This document shows positions 61,291 to 64,000 of a DNA stretch of 64,000 bases, one piece after another. The DNA comes from Paenirhodobacter sp. (lineage in GTDB: Bacteria > Pseudomonadota > Alphaproteobacteria > Rhodobacterales > Rhodobacteraceae), in NCBI RefSeq assembly GCF_041916475.1, contig NZ_JAYRZN010000011.1, positions 26,053-90,052 of the forward strand. The letters are read 5' to 3'. How positions within the stretch are numbered: position 1 is the stretch's first letter; every line of letters starts with the position of its first letter. The notes beneath the pieces are model-generated. The model was not told the DNA's origin. It made no database searches and was given only the letters and a program-made list of their open reading frames with translations. The position numbers were made by a program, and so were the translations under genes.

Positions 61291-62544
61291 TCACCCCTGC
61301 AAGGCAGCAATTTCGCGCGCCAGGGTGGGCAGCTCCGTGGTGGCGCCGGACAGGCCGGGCAACAGCGGGAACAGGCAGGCCTGGATGGCGTGATAGATAT
61401 CGGGCTTGCCGGTGAACTGACGCGCATCCGGACGGTTGTCGGTGCCGACCTCCGGGAACCAGCCGCCACGCCGGCGGTCGATGAACAGGTCTTCGGCGCA
61501 GCGCCAGAGGCGCAGGTAATCCTCCTGCAGCGCCTCATCCGGCTGCCGCTTCAGCTGGGCGGCGGCGGCGCCGATCGCCTCTGTCACCGGCCACCAGTAG
61601 CGCGCGCGCCGCAGCGGGCGGCCGTGGGTATCCACCGTGTAGAGGATGCCGCCATGCGTGCTGTCCCAGCCATCCGAGAGGGCGCGGGCATAGAGCTTCT
61701 CGGACCAGCGTAGCAGCGCGGGATCGCGGCGCCCGTCCATGTCCCAGGCCTGAAGCAGCAAGCGGGAGAGCTCCAGCGAATGGCCCGGCGTTGTGCCCGC
61801 CGGGCGGAACATGGGGTTGCCCTCGTAGGCGGGGTCGACGTGCCAATCGCGGTTGTAATGCTCGGGCAGGCGCCACTCATGCCGCGGGGCCACATGGCCC
61901 GCGAAGAAATCCAGAATCATGCGGGCGCGGGCGGCGAAGCTGCGATCGCCGGTGGCTTCGCTGGCGGCAAGCAGCGCCTCCACCGAATGCATATTGGCAT
62001 TCATCCCGCGGTAGGCGGAGAATTCGGCCCAGTCGCGGGTGTATTCCTCACGCATGCGGGCCTGGTCGTGATCCCAGAAATGGACGTTGATGATCTCCCA
62101 CACATCCTCGATCAGGCGGTCCGCATCCGGATGGCCCGCGGCCTTTGCGCTCGCGCCCGCGAGGAGAACGAAGGCATGGCCATAGGCGAGCTTGCTGGCG
62201 TCGGTGGTGGCGCCGCCCGGCGCGAAGGCCCAGACATAGCCGCCGTGGGCCCCGTCGCGGTGATGGCGCCAGAGGCTGGCCATGCCGTGGTCGATCATGT
62301 CGTCGGCGCCCTTCACCCCGGCCAGATGGCCGAGCGCGAAGGCGTGAACCATGCGGGTGGTGGCGTGCAGCTCGCGGGGCGCGCCGGGAATCGGGGCGCC
62401 GTCGAAATCCTGCGCGTGGAAGCCTCCGGCCACGTCGAGGCTGCGCGCGAAGAAGCGGAACTGCCGCAAGGCATCGCGGAGCAGGTAGCTGCGGTGATCC
62501 TCGGTGCCCCACCAGGGGCCATGACGGGGCACGCTGTCGGTCAT
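61291..62544 (-). CDS. AGE-family epimerase/isomerase (YihS/mannose isomerase-like)
   Basis: R....FALG, HGGY, YGHAFVLLA, NANMH..EA, PGH..E, WWP..EA, YH. Confidence 0.9.
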   Translation of the reverse strand: MTDSVPRHGPWWGTEDHRSYLLRDALRQFRFFARSLDVAGGFHAQDFDGAPIPGAPRELHATTRMVHAFALGHLAGVKGADDMIDHGMASLWRHHRDGAHGGYVWAFAPGGATTDASKLAYGHAFVLLAGASAKAAGHPDADRLIEDVWEIINVHFWDHDQARMREEYTRDWAEFSAYRGMNANMHSVEALLAASEATGDRSFAARARMILDFFAGHVAPRHEWRLPEHYNRDWHVDPAYEGNPMFRPAGTTPGHSLELSRLLLQAWDMDGRRDPALLRWSEKLYARALSDGWDSTHGGILYTVDTHGRPLRRARYWWPVTEAIGAAAAQLKRQPDEALQEDYLRLWRCAEDLFIDRRRGGWFPEVGTDNRPDARQFTGKPDIYHAIQACLFPLLPGLSGATTELPTLAREIAALQG

Positions 62545-63536
62545 TGCGGATCTCCGGTGAAGGGCGCGGCGGGCTGCAGATGGGTCAGGGCTTCGGCCGG
62601 CTCTCCGGCGATGGCGCGCAGCAGCAGGCCCGCCATGAGGCGGCCGGCTTCGGCCAGGTCTTCGTGGATGGTGTCGAAGCGGGGGCGCAGGAACTGGGCG
62701 ACCTGCGATGTGGTCTTCATGACAACGCGGGCGGGGCGGCCCGAATCGATGCAGGCGGCATTGACCGCCAGCGCCGAGACCTCCCCGGCGCAGATGAAGC
62801 CATCGGGCGCGGAGGGATCGCGCAAAAGTGCCCGGATATGGGCGTAGATCTGCTCGGCGGGGGAATCGAGTGTGACGGTGTCAAGGATCTGCCCGCTCAG
62901 CCCGGCCTCTTCGCAGCCGCGCAGGAAGCCCAGGCGCAGATGGTGCGCGAAGGTGAATTCCGGCGGTGCGGCGATCAGCGCGGGGCTTCGGGCGCCTGCG
63001 GCAGCCAGCCGCGCGGTGGCGGCGCGGGCGAAGGCGCGGTTGTCGTAATCGACCCAGGGGTGCGGGGTCGCGAGCTCGGTGCGGCCATGCGAGACGAAGG
63101 GAAACCCGCGCTCCAGCATCAGCCGGATTCGCAGGTCGTCCGGCCGGGTCCGGGAGATCAGAACGCCGTCGGCGAGGCGGTTGCGGATGATTTTCTCGAC
63201 CGTCTCCGCCTCGGGCGCATCGGCAAAATTCGGCATGACCACAAGGTGATAGGGGCTGCCGCGCAGGGCCTCGGAAATACCGCGGATCATCGAGGAACCG
63301 TAGCCGAGGATTTCCTCATGCGGGTTCAGCACCAGGGCGATGACATTCGTACGCCCGGTGCGCAGGCGCTGCGCGGCGCGGTCCGGGGAATAGCCGATCT
63401 CGCGGGCGATCTGCTGTACCCGGGCGCGGGTGTCGGGCGCGATCTGGGGGGCATCGGCCAGGGCGCGCGAAACCGTGGTCACGGCCAGGCCTGCGATCTG
63501 TGCGACGGTACGCAATGTGGGCTTGCCCTGAACCAT
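62541..63536 (-). CDS. LacI-family transcriptional regulator
   Basis: PTLRTVAQIAGLAVTTVSRAL HTH, GY.PD.AA..LRTGRT hinge. Confidence 0.95.
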   Translation of the reverse strand: MVQGKPTLRTVAQIAGLAVTTVSRALADAPQIAPDTRARVQQIAREIGYSPDRAAQRLRTGRTNVIALVLNPHEEILGYGSSMIRGISEALRGSPYHLVVMPNFADAPEAETVEKIIRNRLADGVLISRTRPDDLRIRLMLERGFPFVSHGRTELATPHPWVDYDNRAFARAATARLAAAGARSPALIAAPPEFTFAHHLRLGFLRGCEEAGLSGQILDTVTLDSPAEQIYAHIRALLRDPSAPDGFICAGEVSALAVNAACIDSGRPARVVMKTTSQVAQFLRPRFDTIHEDLAEAGRLMAGLLLRAIAGEPAEALTHLQPAAPFTGDPQ

Positions 63537-63549
63537 GTGCAGACTGCCA

Positions 63550-63563
63550 TTATATCGTTTGCA
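63550..63563 (-). promoter_or_regulatory. LacI-type operator 1
   Basis: TGCAAACGATATAA on the minus strand; 12/14 identical to operator 2. Confidence 0.55.
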
Positions 63564-63670
63564 AAAAACGGGAGATGCCCCGGAGATGCGATTACATACA
63601 GATTAACAATTGAAATTCAATATGGTGACTGTGCAGCTGCGGCGAATGAATCAGTTGACATAACTGGAAA

Positions 63671-63684
63671 TGAAAACGTTATAA
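63671..63684 (+). promoter_or_regulatory. LacI-type operator 2, overlapping the promoter TTGACA(63655)-N18-TTATAA
   Basis: TGAAAACGTTATAA with the central CG typical of LacI-family sites. Confidence 0.6.
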
Positions 63685-63725
63685 ATAGGGCGCCGGGGGG
63701 AGGATCCGGCTTGGGAGGATAAGAG

Positions 63726-64000
63726 ATGCGACATGTCTTTCTGGCCGGAACGGCCTGTCTGGCCTTGTGCGCGGGCGCGGCCCGGGCTGAGGAAAGCGTC
63801 GAGGTATTGCATTGGTGGACGGCGGGAGGCGAGGCGGCGGCGCTCAATGTTCTGAAGGAGGATCTGGCCGCCAAGGGGGTTGCCTGGAAGGACATGCCGG
63901 TCGCGGGGGGATCGGGCGTGCAGGCGATGACGGCGCTGCGGGCGCGGGTCACGGCGGGCGATCCGCCGACGGCGGTGCAGATGCTGGGGTTCGATATTCG
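63726..64000 (+). CDS. Sugar ABC transporter substrate-binding protein (glucose/mannose type), 5' part only
   Basis: Own translation [40 protein letters not shown]...DMPVAGG...[13 protein letters not shown]; GGAGG RBS; runs off the window. Confidence 0.88.
   Translation, partial: MRHVFLAGTACLALCAGAARAEESVEVLHWWTAGGEAAALNVLKEDLAAKGVAWKDMPVAGGSGVQAMTALRARVTAGDPPTAVQMLGFDI

Overview
High-GC alphaproteobacterial chromosome segment; the gene sequences and order look like Rhodobacteraceae (inference). Most of it is housekeeping: rsmB, purH, lspA, an M16 peptidase pair, mutL-rmuC, tsaD-gpsA, hemD-mic60-hemY, tRNA-Thr(CGT), rpmJ, tRNA-Val(GAC), dinB, tag, clpB, pyrF, def-def-fmt, serC-serA and exbBD-tonB. 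It also holds a two-component-linked CoA-ligase/ABC uptake cluster and the start of a LacI-regulated sugar locus. The only accessory region is a decayed ~2.5 kb islet after tRNA-Thr: an IS5-like stub, an intact lower-GC trypsin-like protease gene, a probable serine-recombinase stub and a degenerate IS3. The best candidate for an undescribed system is at 60611-61249 (minus strand). There, an apparently leaderless 108-aa membrane-anchored ORF ends in the ribosome-arrest motif RAPP, 55 nt upstream of an orphan tatA. The ORF's stop-codon region can pair with the tatA Shine-Dalgarno. This is the SecM/MifM/ApdP monitoring-substrate layout, here attached to a Tat component. Other oddities: a 1-nt frameshift in pyrF, a duplicated purH 3' end, an unlisted 48-aa membrane ORF, a degenerate second deformylase, a candidate sRNA and several recognisable operator sites. 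All calls come from reading the sequence only; no database searches or folding programs were run.
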